From a virus (taxonomy: Duplodnaviria; Heunggongvirae; Uroviricota; Caudoviricetes), in IMG/VR virus record IMGVR_UViG_2917461297_000001, positions 56,643-120,642 of that record: a stretch of DNA of 64,000 nucleotides; one strand, written 5' to 3'. Made by a program: the position numbers and the translations under genes. This document shows, in pieces, positions 1-10,241 of this stretch. The number at the start of each line of letters is the position of its first letter. Position 1 is the first letter of the stretch. Under the pieces are notes generated by a model. The model saw only the letters and a program-made list of their open reading frames with translations, was not told the origin of the DNA and did not search any database.

Positions 1-50
1 TAATTATGCCGATTAGGGCAGTTTAAAATAAAATAAAGGAGCAGACCAAA

Positions 51-323
51 ATGAATCAACAATTAAAATTAGTCGTTTACGAAATATTATCAGAAATGGG
101 ATACATTCAAAAAAATTTAATATATGTGCAAGACATTATAAAATATAATGATGTTGAAATTGAAAGAATGATAGACGCTTTTTTTAAACTTCACGATTTG
201 GAAGAAATCCGCCAGCTTGATGAAAAGGAAAAAATAAACGGCGGTAAATGGGCTTATATCGTTACACAAAAAACTGGTTACCAAAACTATTTACTTGCCG
301 ACATTTTAAGTGTCGAGGCTTAA
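51..323 (+). CDS. hypothetical protein
   Basis: 90-aa ORF with AAGGAG RBS upstream; no recognisable motif. Confidence 0.4.
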   Translation: MNQQLKLVVYEILSEMGYIQKNLIYVQDIIKYNDVEIERMIDAFFKLHDLEEIRQLDEKEKINGGKWAYIVTQKTGYQNYLLADILSVEA

Positions 324-436
324 AAATTAAAAGGTTAGAATTTTAAAGGTTAGGTTATTCCTTATGTGCTTATCAAATTTTAAAAGTAAGCGCATAAGGA
401 ATAATAAAAATTACTATGTGTTAGGAGTATCAAAAA

Positions 437-1006
437 ATGAAAAGAATGGAAAGGCACAATCTTGATTTGCTAGAACAAATAGAAACAGAAAACCGTTATT
501 TTTTGAAATGGGACTATTATACAGACAGTTTTAATAATAAAGACAGCCATACCGTCGAATTTGCTGAAATTGAAAAATTAAAAAATGGTACCTATAAATT
601 ATCAATAAAATGCAAAACTTTTTATAGTCCTTTAGAAATCAAGTATATTATGTATAATTATCTCGAAGCTGATACAGTAGTATTTAAAACAAAAGAATTT
701 GAAGATTTTTACAGTTTACGCTCATGGCTGAAAAATGAAAAACACATGCTAGAAATGGATTCACTCGACTATAAAAACAGTTTTTTGCATCTTTTTGATG
801 AATCAGAAAGAATAAGCAGAATATTAATTAATGTTGTCAGCGCTTTAAATGTTGGGTTACCTTATCCATTTTACTATTATAAGCATGAAAAGGACTTAAA
901 AGATAAATTGGTGTATGACGTAAAAAAACGATACGGCGATTTGTGCACGTACCGAATTGAAAAAGAAAATGTATATGATGAAGATTATTGTATAACATTT
1001 TATTAA
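437..1006 (+). CDS. hypothetical protein
   Basis: 189-aa ORF with RBS GGAG upstream; no recognisable motif. Confidence 0.4.
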   Translation: MKRMERHNLDLLEQIETENRYFLKWDYYTDSFNNKDSHTVEFAEIEKLKNGTYKLSIKCKTFYSPLEIKYIMYNYLEADTVVFKTKEFEDFYSLRSWLKNEKHMLEMDSLDYKNSFLHLFDESERISRILINVVSALNVGLPYPFYYYKHEKDLKDKLVYDVKKRYGDLCTYRIEKENVYDEDYCITFY

Positions 1007-1026
1007 TTTAAAAAGGTGAAATTAAA

Positions 1027-1578
1027 GTGGAAGATAAAAAATATATTAAAATTGAAAAAGATGAAAACAATAAATTTTATTATGAAGTGTCTTATTTAAC
1101 TGATTATTATGGAGAACTTGAAATCGCAAAAAGTAGTTTCTTTTTTAAAGATGTTTTAACTCCAACACGTTTAAACGAATTTGAAAATGAACTGAAAAAT
1201 GCTTATTTTGATACTGAGGAGGTAGACACAAACGAAACGTATACAACATATACGTTGTATGATTTAATTAAAAAAATGGGAATGTTTGAGGAAGAACCCA
1301 AAACATATTTTGACATGATGTTGAAATCAAATGAAATAATTAATAATGAGGTACGTCAGCACAGTGATGTTGACAAGTACGATGTACAATTTTTTGAAAG
1401 CGAAAGAGAATTTGAAGATGTTGAATGTTTTGAATCAGAATTCCCAAACGTCAATTATAGCAAACCAATTTTTGTTATTAGTTATATTGAAAATGGCGGA
1501 CTTATCAAAGTTTTAAACGCAAGTAAAGTAAAATCATATAAAGATTTAACAAATATTATTGAAGATGGAGGGTGCTAA
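1027..1578 (+). CDS. hypothetical acidic protein
   Basis: 183-aa ORF with GTG start after AAAGGTGA; highly acidic composition. Confidence 0.35.
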   Translation: MEDKKYIKIEKDENNKFYYEVSYLTDYYGELEIAKSSFFFKDVLTPTRLNEFENELKNAYFDTEEVDTNETYTTYTLYDLIKKMGMFEEEPKTYFDMMLKSNEIINNEVRQHSDVDKYDVQFFESEREFEDVECFESEFPNVNYSKPIFVISYIENGGLIKVLNASKVKSYKDLTNIIEDGGC

Positions 1579-1856
1579 GAATGAAAAATAATAATAAATC
1601 TTATGTAATCGAAATGTATCAAACAAATGAAAGTGTTAATATTGTGACGCAAGAGGGTAATATGTTTTTTAGTTATGACATTCCGAATGAATATTTACAA
1701 AATGAAAGTGATGTTGATAATTTAATGCTGTATGTTCGTGATAAAGAGTTAAATTTCAAATTTTTAGGAGAGGAGGAGCAGACATCAGACAACATCGAAT
1801 ATTATACATTTAATGATGTTGAGGATACTTTGAAATATTATTTAAAAAATAAGTGA
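1572..1856 (+). CDS. hypothetical protein
   Basis: 94-aa ORF overlapping the upstream stop, suggesting translational coupling. Confidence 0.35.
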   Translation: MLRMKNNNKSYVIEMYQTNESVNIVTQEGNMFFSYDIPNEYLQNESDVDNLMLYVRDKELNFKFLGEEEQTSDNIEYYTFNDVEDTLKYYLKNK

Positions 1857-1895
1857 ATTTAATAATTGGATAAATTAGAATTAAAAGGCGGTCAA

Positions 1896-2267
1896 TTACG
1901 ACCGTCTTTTTTTATATTCTTGAAACAGTTCGAGCATCACACCATCACGCTGAAATATGTCTTGATACAATTTTTCATATACGTTCAACATTCTTCTGTC
2001 TGTTTCGACTTCTTCAGACGTCCCCAGAACGTCATAAATGCTTGCTATATCTTCATGAAAATATTTTTGAGCAATTTTGGCAAATTCATTTAATGCTTGT
2101 TTATCGGCTTGCTGATACGCTTTATTAACATCAGTAATATTAAATTTTATCAACTCATTAATAATATGGTCAATTGTTGTATTATCTTGCTTTGTGAGTT
2201 GATTCAAGTAACTGAAATTATCATCATCGATGTTTATTATTACTTTCATGTTGCACCTCCTTTTCAA
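1896..2267 (-). CDS. hypothetical protein
   Basis: 123-aa ORF on the minus strand with RBS GGAGGTG (reverse complement of 2270-2280); diverges from the recombinase gene. Confidence 0.4.
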   Translation of the reverse strand: MKRRCNMKVIINIDDDNFSYLNQLTKQDNTTIDHIINELIKFNITDVNKAYQQADKQALNEFAKIAQKYFHEDIASIYDVLGTSEEVETDRRMLNVYEKLYQDIFQRDGVMLELFQEYKKRRS

Positions 2268-2889
2268 ACAGAAATATGACTAATCATGATTATACATCAT
2301 TGTGTGAGCAGCTACACGACAGAATGATATTGTGAATTGATTTTGTTTTAAAAAATTGGGATTAAATTACTGAAAATGTGGCAATATTGTGGCAAAATTT
2401 AACGATAAAATACTGATTTTATTGCAATTATGACCCCTTATAAAGCCCGTCATAGCGCCGTTTACAGTGGGTAGTACCTACCCACACGAAATAGAAAGAG
2501 CGTTGAAAGGCGTCGTATAGGCGTCGTGTGTGCATTTTTTATTTTATCCGAAACTTTTAACCTTTTTGGTTGATAGATGACAACCACATACACCAGCCAC
2601 AACAAACAACAATTTCACAACATGGGAGGTATGACAAAAAAATATAAAGACAAACACTTTGGGGGTTAGTATGGTTGAATAAAAAACGCTATATAACAGG
2701 CGACTTTAAAATCTACAGGGAGTTTTCATTCTCGAATTTTTCGACAAAAATTTACTATATAACAGGGTGTAAAACTTCTGCATGGAATTTATCAAAAAAG
2801 ACTTGTTATCTTTAAAGAAATAAATTATAATAAAGTTAAGATAAATAAAACGAACGAACACAAAAAAACAAAGGAATGGAGAGGAAAAG

Positions 2890-3942
2890 ATGACAGCGAG
2901 TGTTATAAGATTAGAAAATCATATTATGAGTAGTAAAAGTGTAACTAATAGTGTCATGAGTTTAGTTAATGAATTTGCTAATGAAGCGGGAGCTAATTCA
3001 CAAAGCACTAAGTTAGCTTACTTAAATGATTTAAAACAATATCTTAGCAAAGTCTTTGGAAGCGAGAATATTAAAGTAGACTTAGTCGTTTACACTATGA
3101 GCAGAAAACAGTTAATTCAGTATAGAAGTGTTTTAATTGATAATAAATTAAAGCCAAGTACTATTAATCGTAAAATGTCGGCTATAATCGAATTCGCAAA
3201 ATTCCTATACAACAGCGGGTATGAAATTGACCTCGTGGGTATTAACAACATTGCAAAATTAAAAACATCTAAAAATTCATATGAAGTATTGAGCTATGAT
3301 GAAGCGCTTGAGTTTATCAATTGGTTTAAAGAGAATGAGAAAGAGAAAGCAATTGAGAAATACTATTACACTGCTTTAGCGTTTGACACTGGAGTACGTG
3401 CCGAAGCATTAAACAATATCACTCCTCAATCATTTATCTGGAAGAAAGAAGAAGTTGTATTAAAAGGCGTAGATAAAGGAAAGAAACAATTTATTAAAAG
3501 TTTATCATTAGAATTCGCATCGGCGATGTTTAGCGATTTGCATTTAGATAAGGAATCTACTGAGTCAATCTTCAATTTTTCTAGTGAAGTCAGATATAAA
3601 ATGATGAAGCGGGCTAAAAAGGCTCTAGGATATGAAAATAGAAATATTACTTTTCACAGTTTCAAAAAAGGGGCAGTAAACTACGCCTATGAAGCTACAA
3701 AAGATATTCAAGTAGCTAGACAAGTGGGCAATCATGCGAATATCAACACTACTCAAATTTATCTTGAAGACAATAAGCAAGTGTTTCAAGGTGCTATATC
3801 AAATAAACAGAAAATTGATACGGCTGACATTAGATTTTCTGATTACAGTAAAACTGAGTTAATTGAGGCATTAGGTAATTTACCAGAAGCAACACAATCT
3901 ATGTTGAAAAAAGAATTAGCTTCATTAACGCAAATAAAATAA
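2890..3942 (+). CDS. tyrosine recombinase-like protein (phage integrase family)
   Basis: N-terminal SAM-like core-binding region. Catalytic-domain motifs TGVRAEAL (box I Arg), HSFKKGAVNYA (HxxK in place of HxxR) and GNHANINTTQIYLE (His, then Tyr nucleophile). Confidence 0.6.
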   Translation: MTASVIRLENHIMSSKSVTNSVMSLVNEFANEAGANSQSTKLAYLNDLKQYLSKVFGSENIKVDLVVYTMSRKQLIQYRSVLIDNKLKPSTINRKMSAIIEFAKFLYNSGYEIDLVGINNIAKLKTSKNSYEVLSYDEALEFINWFKENEKEKAIEKYYYTALAFDTGVRAEALNNITPQSFIWKKEEVVLKGVDKGKKQFIKSLSLEFASAMFSDLHLDKESTESIFNFSSEVRYKMMKRAKKALGYENRNITFHSFKKGAVNYAYEATKDIQVARQVGNHANINTTQIYLEDNKQVFQGAISNKQKIDTADIRFSDYSKTELIEALGNLPEATQSMLKKELASLTQIK

Positions 3943-4172
3943 ATTATACGAAAAATTGCATAGACAATAATTGTATTTTGTGGTTAAATGTAAGTAGTGA
4001 GTTAAAATATGCTCAGCTTGACTTTTAATTTGAATTCACTATCAACTGTTGAAACTACGATTTAAATCGATAGGTTTCAACTAATAGATGCTTGTGTTTT
4101 TAAAAATCGAAAAAACAAATTAAACAAAACAGAGAAACCAAAAAATAAAAATCGATAAATCAAAAAGTAAAA

Positions 4173-5486
4173 ATGACAAAAAGGAGGGAAAGCATGAATA
4201 ATAAATTCAAGGCTTTTAAAGAGGTTATTACACTTCTGAAAAATCAAGACACTAGTAAATCAATTAATAAAATTGCCAGTGAAATGGAAAGAAAGTATAG
4301 AGTCCCTAGTGGTATCACACATTCTTTCTTGAATCGTGAATTAGACGATAACTTTTTCGATACTACTGACATTCGACTAATTTCATTATTCATTTTAGAA
4401 AGTTTTAAAATATTGGGGCATGAAGATAGTATACAGGAGTATCTAACAGCCGGAGAAATTAATGAAGCAAAACAGTTTGATTTTCATGCATTCTTAGAGC
4501 AAGACAAAATTACTTTCCCGTATGATTTTCAACCGGTTGTTAAGGTAAACAATGTGTATAGCACAAAAATAAGTGTTAAGCAAATTGCAGAATTTGTTGA
4601 TTCTAAAGTAATCAATTATAACTTTGACATTCAACGAGAATCAAAATTGGAAAAACGAATTGGAAAAATTATTAGAAAGCCAATGTTAAACCAAAAGAAC
4701 ATTAGTGAGATGGAAAAGTTGCTTTTAGAAGATGGATTAAAAGAAAGTACACTTTTCTTTAATGCCGCTCCTATGACAAGTGTGAGTGGTGATGAATTAA
4801 TTTATGACCCAGAAAGTTATACATTAACGATTACTGAGGGAACTAGACTAGATGTTATCGATGGTTTCCACCGAGTTTTAGCAGCACAAAATGCTTATCG
4901 TGAGAACCCGACTATCAATTTTGAATTCAATGTGGTGTTTAGTAACTTTACTACAGCTGAAGCTATCAAATGGCAAGCGCAACACAGTAAGGCGACTCCG
5001 TGGTCAAAGAACAGAGTAGCTGAGTTACAACAAGAATCTGGAGGCGCCAAAGTTGTTAAGGCAATAAAAGATAAAGATGTTGTGTTTGAAGGTGTTATTA
5101 AAACTACAAGTAGCACAACAGGTGGTGGTTCAATAGCTTTTTCTGAACTAAGCAAGTATATTGATGAATTATTTACTGTAGAAACTAGGAGAGACCAAGT
5201 AAGTACAGCTCAAGAAGTTTCAGAAGTGATTTTGGCATACTTAGACTTGCGAGAAATCAATAAAACCTTTAATACTCGTGCCTACATTTACGCTTTCCTT
5301 AAAAACTATGTCGAAAGCGGTTTAACAATTAAAGAATTTTTAAATGAAACTCACAAGGTGGCTAATTATCTAAAAGATAACGAGGTCAATTTCAGAATCG
5401 AAGTGGCAAACCAAAGTGTTAAGAAAGTGCAAATTGAAGCAACCAACAATATAAAAACCTTGTTTGAGAAAGCGAGAGTGGAATAA
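4173..5486 (+). CDS. DGQHR-motif protein (DndB-like / ParB-like nuclease superfamily)
   Basis: VIDGFHRVLAAQNA resembles the invariant DGQHR motif of the DndB/DGQHR family; 437 aa; its stop overlaps the next start (TAATG). Confidence 0.4.
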   Translation: MTKRRESMNNKFKAFKEVITLLKNQDTSKSINKIASEMERKYRVPSGITHSFLNRELDDNFFDTTDIRLISLFILESFKILGHEDSIQEYLTAGEINEAKQFDFHAFLEQDKITFPYDFQPVVKVNNVYSTKISVKQIAEFVDSKVINYNFDIQRESKLEKRIGKIIRKPMLNQKNISEMEKLLLEDGLKESTLFFNAAPMTSVSGDELIYDPESYTLTITEGTRLDVIDGFHRVLAAQNAYRENPTINFEFNVVFSNFTTAEAIKWQAQHSKATPWSKNRVAELQQESGGAKVVKAIKDKDVVFEGVIKTTSSTTGGGSIAFSELSKYIDELFTVETRRDQVSTAQEVSEVILAYLDLREINKTFNTRAYIYAFLKNYVESGLTIKEFLNETHKVANYLKDNEVNFRIEVANQSVKKVQIEATNNIKTLFEKARVE

Positions 5487-6499
5487 TGTTTTACAATAGT
5501 TTGTATAAGAGACAGTTTTTACAATCTTTAGAGCGTGAAAACGAAATAAGAGTGTATACTGCATTATTCAATAACAGCAGTAAAGTAGAGCAACAATTCG
5601 ATACTGATTTGTATAACTTTACAACTTCTGAAATAGAAATTTTGCTTTATAATATCTATTCCTCCAGTAAAAACACTTTACTAACTTATTTAACATTTGC
5701 TAAAAAGTATACTGATTACGCTATCGAGAGAGGAGATAGATTATCTAACATTAATTTGTTCAGAATGTTTACGTACGATAAGATTGATAAGTTTGTATAT
5801 AAACATAAACAAAAGTTTTTCACGTACGAGAAATTCCTACTACATGTTAGTAGCTTCTATAATGCTAGCGATAGAGCATTAGTTTCAGCAATCTTTCATG
5901 GCATTTCTGGGGCGGCTTATAGCGAACTAATCAATCTAACCATCGATGATATTAAAGAAGCTAGAAGTAATCCAACACATGTCGCTGGTGATGAACAATA
6001 TTATAAATTGAGGCTTTTAAACGATAAGAAAGGTGAAACAATTGAGCGCTATATTGAAGTGCCAGAGGTTTTGTTAGATGATATGGAAAAATCATATAGA
6101 GCTACAATCTATTACACCAAGAACGGTGACCCTAGTTCTAGAAGACCTGCAAAAGACATAATAGGCGGAAATCATATTTTTAGAAATGTCGAGTTTACTG
6201 ACACCACAACAGAACAAATTGATAAGCAAGTAGTATATAGACGAATGAAAGTCCTACAAGACTTAACTAACAATTACATTTCAAGTGTTACTAACGTAAT
6301 TGATTCTGGTATATTGCACTATATGTATTTACTATCAGAAAACGGAAAATTAGATTACATGAAAATAGAAAAAGTGATGAGAAGATATAGTAAACACATT
6401 TATGAAAAGTCACTACCATATACAATCGCTAGGTTTATCAAACAATATCAAGATGCTTTACAAGATTTATATGGAGTAGTAATAGTGAATAAGCCCTAA
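5486..6499 (+). CDS. recombinase-like protein, catalytically degenerate
   Basis: N-terminal integrase SAM-like pattern. The box I-like stretch GISGAAYSELINLTIDDI lacks the catalytic Arg, and no HxxR/Y pair is evident. Confidence 0.3.
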   Translation: MFYNSLYKRQFLQSLERENEIRVYTALFNNSSKVEQQFDTDLYNFTTSEIEILLYNIYSSSKNTLLTYLTFAKKYTDYAIERGDRLSNINLFRMFTYDKIDKFVYKHKQKFFTYEKFLLHVSSFYNASDRALVSAIFHGISGAAYSELINLTIDDIKEARSNPTHVAGDEQYYKLRLLNDKKGETIERYIEVPEVLLDDMEKSYRATIYYTKNGDPSSRRPAKDIIGGNHIFRNVEFTDTTTEQIDKQVVYRRMKVLQDLTNNYISSVTNVIDSGILHYMYLLSENGKLDYMKIEKVMRRYSKHIYEKSLPYTIARFIKQYQDALQDLYGVVIVNKP

Positions 6500-6543
6500 A
6501 AAATTATTAGGGCAAATCAAAGGAAATAAATTAATAAAAAGTG

Positions 6544-6572
6544 TTGACGTAATTCCAATTTGATAGTATAAT
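6544..6572 (+). promoter_or_regulatory. sigma-A type promoter (TTGACG, 17 nt, TATAAT)
   Basis: TTGACG at 6544-6549, 17-nt spacer, TATAAT at 6567-6572; the AAATAAATTAAT motif lies 8 nt upstream of the -35. Confidence 0.6.
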
Positions 6573-6646
6573 CATATTTGTGGTTGTATTATGAAATTGT
6601 AATTACTCAGATTACAAGAAATAAATTAATCGAAAGGGGAAATGTT

Positions 6647-6889
6647 TTGGCTCATTACAGTGTTAGAATTACACGAGACAAATCTTTTAAGAAATTGAAA
6701 GATAAAGAGCTCGAAGCAATTAAGAAAGAAGCAATAGAAAGTGTGTACGAGTTGATTAAGAAACACATTATCGCTCACAATTTGAGTAAAGATGGAGGAA
6801 ATTCAACCGTTATCGAGTTTGATATTGATGTTAATACTCCTCCAGTTACACGTGACAAAGAGTATACAACTATTATTGAATTACTTTGA
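6647..6889 (+). CDS. small hypothetical protein
   Basis: The track ORF 6578-6889 begins inside the promoter; the likely start is TTG 6647 after AAAGGGG. Confidence 0.35.
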   Translation: MAHYSVRITRDKSFKKLKDKELEAIKKEAIESVYELIKKHIIAHNLSKDGGNSTVIEFDIDVNTPPVTRDKEYTTIIELL

Positions 6890-6916
6890 TTCTATTATGA
6901 TGAAAGGAAAAAGAAT

Positions 6917-7390
6917 ATGGATTTAAAGACATTGAACGTTTTTGTAGAAAGTGACGCTTTTGATTTTGCTGGTGACGCTTTTAACTTCTTGCTAGAGATG
7001 CGAGAAAAAGCATTAAACGAGCTAAAGTTACTACTTGAGAAAGAATTAGCGATTGAAAATGTTAAAGATTCTGAGGAATTGTATCTCTTAGAAGACGACA
7101 TTTACGACATTGTCGGTGAAGATGAGATAGAAACTGGTTTGATTGGCAGTGATGTTGAGGAAATTGCCGATGTTGAAGAAGTTGTTGATGTACCTAACCA
7201 CACACGTTATGACACAACTCTTTCTTCTAAGATTGAGAAGTTTAAAGATTTTGTTGCGTATGCTGATTCTGTCATTAGCAAGAATGGTGTACATAACTTT
7301 ACGACTAACGACCCAGTAAACGAAATTATTAGTGAGTTTAAAAAGATAACAGCTGTTGATTATGGTAATTTTACTGTGCTGAAGAAATAA
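6917..7390 (+). CDS. hypothetical acidic protein
   Basis: 157-aa ORF with RBS GAAAGGAAAAAG; acidic, rich in D/E and V. Confidence 0.4.
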   Translation: MDLKTLNVFVESDAFDFAGDAFNFLLEMREKALNELKLLLEKELAIENVKDSEELYLLEDDIYDIVGEDEIETGLIGSDVEEIADVEEVVDVPNHTRYDTTLSSKIEKFKDFVAYADSVISKNGVHNFTTNDPVNEIISEFKKITAVDYGNFTVLKK

Positions 7391-7403
7391 GGAGAGGGTA
7401 GAG

Positions 7404-8039
7404 TTGAATTATTTAATTATTAAGCCTAAGCAATCAAACAGATTTATTGAAGTTTCAGTTAAATCAGTTAGTAATCCTGATACTTTTATTCAACAAGAAA
7501 TTGGAGCGCCGGCGTTAGCAAGACAAGTTGGTGACTATACTGTTTGGATTGCAGACCCACAAGAAGTTGTGCTAGATGAAGAGGGGTTAGCGTTTAAGGG
7601 TACGAGATTATCTAACGTTACACCTAACATGCTAATCAACGAGTTTGAAGTTGCTTATGGTAACGTTGTTGTTACATCTAATTACAAAGTGACTTCTAAC
7701 AAATATTCTGGTTTAAATGAACAGGATATTGCTAATGTGATGAACGCACTATTAAACTCGAATTCAACTCTAGTTGATTTCAAAGGTTCACAAGTCACAA
7801 TTGATTGTTTGAATGATGCTTTCTTAGCACCTAACGGAATCACAATTGACTATTATGATGAGCCAGTTATCGATAGTTTAGGGTATGAAAAAGAAAAAGC
7901 ATTGTCTGATTCATTTGAACATAAAGAACGTTATAGCGATGAATTATTTGAGCAAAAGTTTGTTCCAACGAATACAAACGAATACTTGAAGAATTCTTTA
8001 AATAATGAGAAGTTACAAGAGAAATTGAAGAAGTTATAA
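7404..8039 (+). CDS. hypothetical protein
   Basis: 211-aa ORF with TTG start after AAGGAGAGGG. Confidence 0.4.
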   Translation: MNYLIIKPKQSNRFIEVSVKSVSNPDTFIQQEIGAPALARQVGDYTVWIADPQEVVLDEEGLAFKGTRLSNVTPNMLINEFEVAYGNVVVTSNYKVTSNKYSGLNEQDIANVMNALLNSNSTLVDFKGSQVTIDCLNDAFLAPNGITIDYYDEPVIDSLGYEKEKALSDSFEHKERYSDELFEQKFVPTNTNEYLKNSLNNEKLQEKLKKL

Positions 8040-8085
8040 TCTTAAAATCAATAAAAATAAATTAAAATACATAGGAGAGAATAAT

Positions 8086-9036
8086 ATGGCTGAAAACAAA
8101 CGATATGAGAACAAAGTAACGGTAGTAGGAGAACTTAAAGAGTTAGAGGTACGAGAAATCACAACTAAAAAAGGTGTCCCAATGAAAATGGCAAACATCT
8201 CTGTACAAGTTGGTAAAGGTGAAGTACATAAAGCTAGAATGTCAGCTATGGAATACTATGAAAACGATGGTAAAAAGGAAGAGAACAAGGCTTATAAAGC
8301 TATTGAGACTATGCAAGATGAATATGTAAGTCTTAAAGACATTGCTGAGAAAAACTTACAAGGCGTTAGTCCAACTGTTATTGGTATTAATGGACATATT
8401 GAAAACAATGTGTATCAAGGACGTGACGGTAAATTAGTGGAGATGCCAACAATTCAAGCTAATTTTGTATCTCGACGTAATGTTGAAAAAGAAGATTATG
8501 GTGCTGAATTTATCTTCCAAACATTTGCTTTATCAAGTGCCACTCGAGTTACTAATAAAGAGGGGGACGAAACAGATAGCGTACGTTTCAAAGTAGCAGC
8601 TATTCATCGTGGCATGGCTCAACCGTTTGAAGTTCAAGCGACTGATGAATATGGTGTTGCTGAATGGTTAGAAGATAATCTTGAAAAAGGTATGACATTA
8701 ACTATTAATGGTCAATGGATTAATAAATATATTCTAAAACAAGTAGAACGTCCTAATCCAGCCGGCATCGGTAAACCAATCGTAGATACTAAACGTGAAA
8801 TTGAAAACCGTATTTTAGTTGAAGGTGTCACTCCGGTAGAAGATGAAGAATCAGTTGATTACATTACTACTGATGAAATGAAAGACGCTATGAAGAAATA
8901 TGAAGACTATAAAGTAGAGCGTCAATCAGCTTCACAAGAGAAGAAAAAGCAAGAGGTTAAAAAAGGAGTTAATATTGTTAAGAAATCTACGGCGGCAAGT
9001 ACTCCGGCTTTAACAGATGAAGATTTACCTTTTTAA
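8086..9036 (+). CDS. putative ssDNA-binding protein (SSB-like acidic tail)
   Basis: C-terminus ...ALTDEDLPF matches the SSB C-terminal tip (D-D-D-[IL]-P-F); sits at the head of the replication module; the rest of the protein is not a canonical SSB. Confidence 0.4.
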   Translation: MAENKRYENKVTVVGELKELEVREITTKKGVPMKMANISVQVGKGEVHKARMSAMEYYENDGKKEENKAYKAIETMQDEYVSLKDIAEKNLQGVSPTVIGINGHIENNVYQGRDGKLVEMPTIQANFVSRRNVEKEDYGAEFIFQTFALSSATRVTNKEGDETDSVRFKVAAIHRGMAQPFEVQATDEYGVAEWLEDNLEKGMTLTINGQWINKYILKQVERPNPAGIGKPIVDTKREIENRILVEGVTPVEDEESVDYITTDEMKDAMKKYEDYKVERQSASQEKKKQEVKKGVNIVKKSTAASTPALTDEDLPF

Positions 9037-9127
9037 TATCAAGAAATAAATTAATTGATGTTATGTGTAGATTGTAGCAAGGTGAGATAATTCTTGCCTT
9101 GCTGATATTAAAGGAGACAGAGGAGAA

Positions 9128-10228
9128 TTGGTATCAGAAATACAATTAAAGATAAATAAGTTGAAAGAGAAGCGTATTCAAGACGACTTAGAAGAATATG
9201 GAAAAAAATTCTTTGTATTAAAGAAAAAGGGAAATGGTTACTTTGCTAGTGATAAACAAAAAGAATTTATCATCAACACTTATTCAAAGAAGTATGAAAA
9301 CGCAAAATCAATTAGCAAAAGATTTGGTATAAGCTCTAGTTGGATTAATGCAAGATTAAGACAATGGGGAATATCTATTAAATCCTCAAAAGAGTTACTT
9401 CAATTACATAGTTATAATGAGGATTATTTTGAGATGATTGATTCAGAAGAGAAGGCTTATTGGTTAGGAATGTTATATGCCGATGGAACACTTACTTATA
9501 ACAAGATAGGTAAAGATGGTAAGGTCAAGAATAGATTAAAACTAGCTTTACAAGGTGCCGATAGAGAACATTTAAAATTATTTGCTAAACACATAGAGCT
9601 TGAACATTATAATCCCAAGACATATTACACGACAGTGGGCGAGAAAGAATATTCTTATTGTGAATTGGTGGTTTCTTCTACAAAAATGATAGAAGATTTG
9701 ATTGATAAAGGAATGATTCCTACAAACAATAATATTGGCAAAGAAAAGAAGGAATTGATACGTTTTCCTGACGAAACTCAAGTCCCTAAACATTTGTTAC
9801 ATCATTTTGTAAGAGGATATTTTGATGGTGACGGTTCGTTGACTAGGATTAGAAACAAAGGAAAATATGTGGATTCTCAACATTACACTTTCAAATTTGT
9901 TTCTAACAAGACTTTTTGTGAACAACTTAAAGAGTTTTTTAAACTTGATGAGTTGAACGGATACAATAGGAATGTTTCTAACATATACAAAGCAAAAAAT
10001 AAGAAATATATACATACTTTTGAATGCGGTGGTAATCATAGAGTGTTTCATATATATAATTTGATGTACCAAAACGCAACAATTTATTTACATAGAAAGA
10101 ATAAGAGAATTAAAGAGTTTTTAAGTTATTATCAAGAAAATAATTTAATTGACAAATTAGATACATATCGACCAAAGCATTGGAGTAAACGAATTAATAA
10201 CAAAACAAATAAAATAATTTTTAACTAG
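9128..10228 (+). CDS. LAGLIDADG homing endonuclease (free-standing)
   Basis: Two LAGLIDADG motifs, YWLGMLYADGTL and FVRGYFDGDGSL; N-terminal HTH-like region. Confidence 0.75.
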   Translation: MVSEIQLKINKLKEKRIQDDLEEYGKKFFVLKKKGNGYFASDKQKEFIINTYSKKYENAKSISKRFGISSSWINARLRQWGISIKSSKELLQLHSYNEDYFEMIDSEEKAYWLGMLYADGTLTYNKIGKDGKVKNRLKLALQGADREHLKLFAKHIELEHYNPKTYYTTVGEKEYSYCELVVSSTKMIEDLIDKGMIPTNNNIGKEKKELIRFPDETQVPKHLLHHFVRGYFDGDGSLTRIRNKGKYVDSQHYTFKFVSNKTFCEQLKEFFKLDELNGYNRNVSNIYKAKNKKYIHTFECGGNHRVFHIYNLMYQNATIYLHRKNKRIKEFLSYYQENNLIDKLDTYRPKHWSKRINNKTNKIIFN

Positions 10229-10241
10229 GAGAGATTTATAC

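Noticed and set aside
2890-3942. The tyrosine recombinase as the prophage integrase
   Set aside because: It is internal, about 60 kb from the host junction. The serine recombinase at 62056-63615 directly abuts the truncated host gene and is the better integrase candidate.
4895-5155. Antisense ORFs in the track nested inside + strand genes (this one, plus 12313-12591, 12847-13179, 14747-14983, 15449-15712, 41626-42027, 43063-43482, 53768-54124, 54831-55142, 55924-56253, 63129-63455, 63628-63921)
   Set aside because: All lie opposite to genes with recognisable motifs, and the compositional bias of AT-rich DNA gives long spurious antisense frames. None has a credible RBS.
6493-6513. Hairpin GCCCTAA-AAAATTA-TTAGGGC after ORF 5486-6499 as a rho-independent terminator
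   Set aside because: The 7-bp stem is not followed by a T-run on the + strand. It is possibly a weak or partial terminator only.
6524-6535. The 12-nt AAATAAATTAAT motif as a transcription terminator
   Set aside because: There is no dyad symmetry or stem-loop; the motif is a linear A/T 12-mer.
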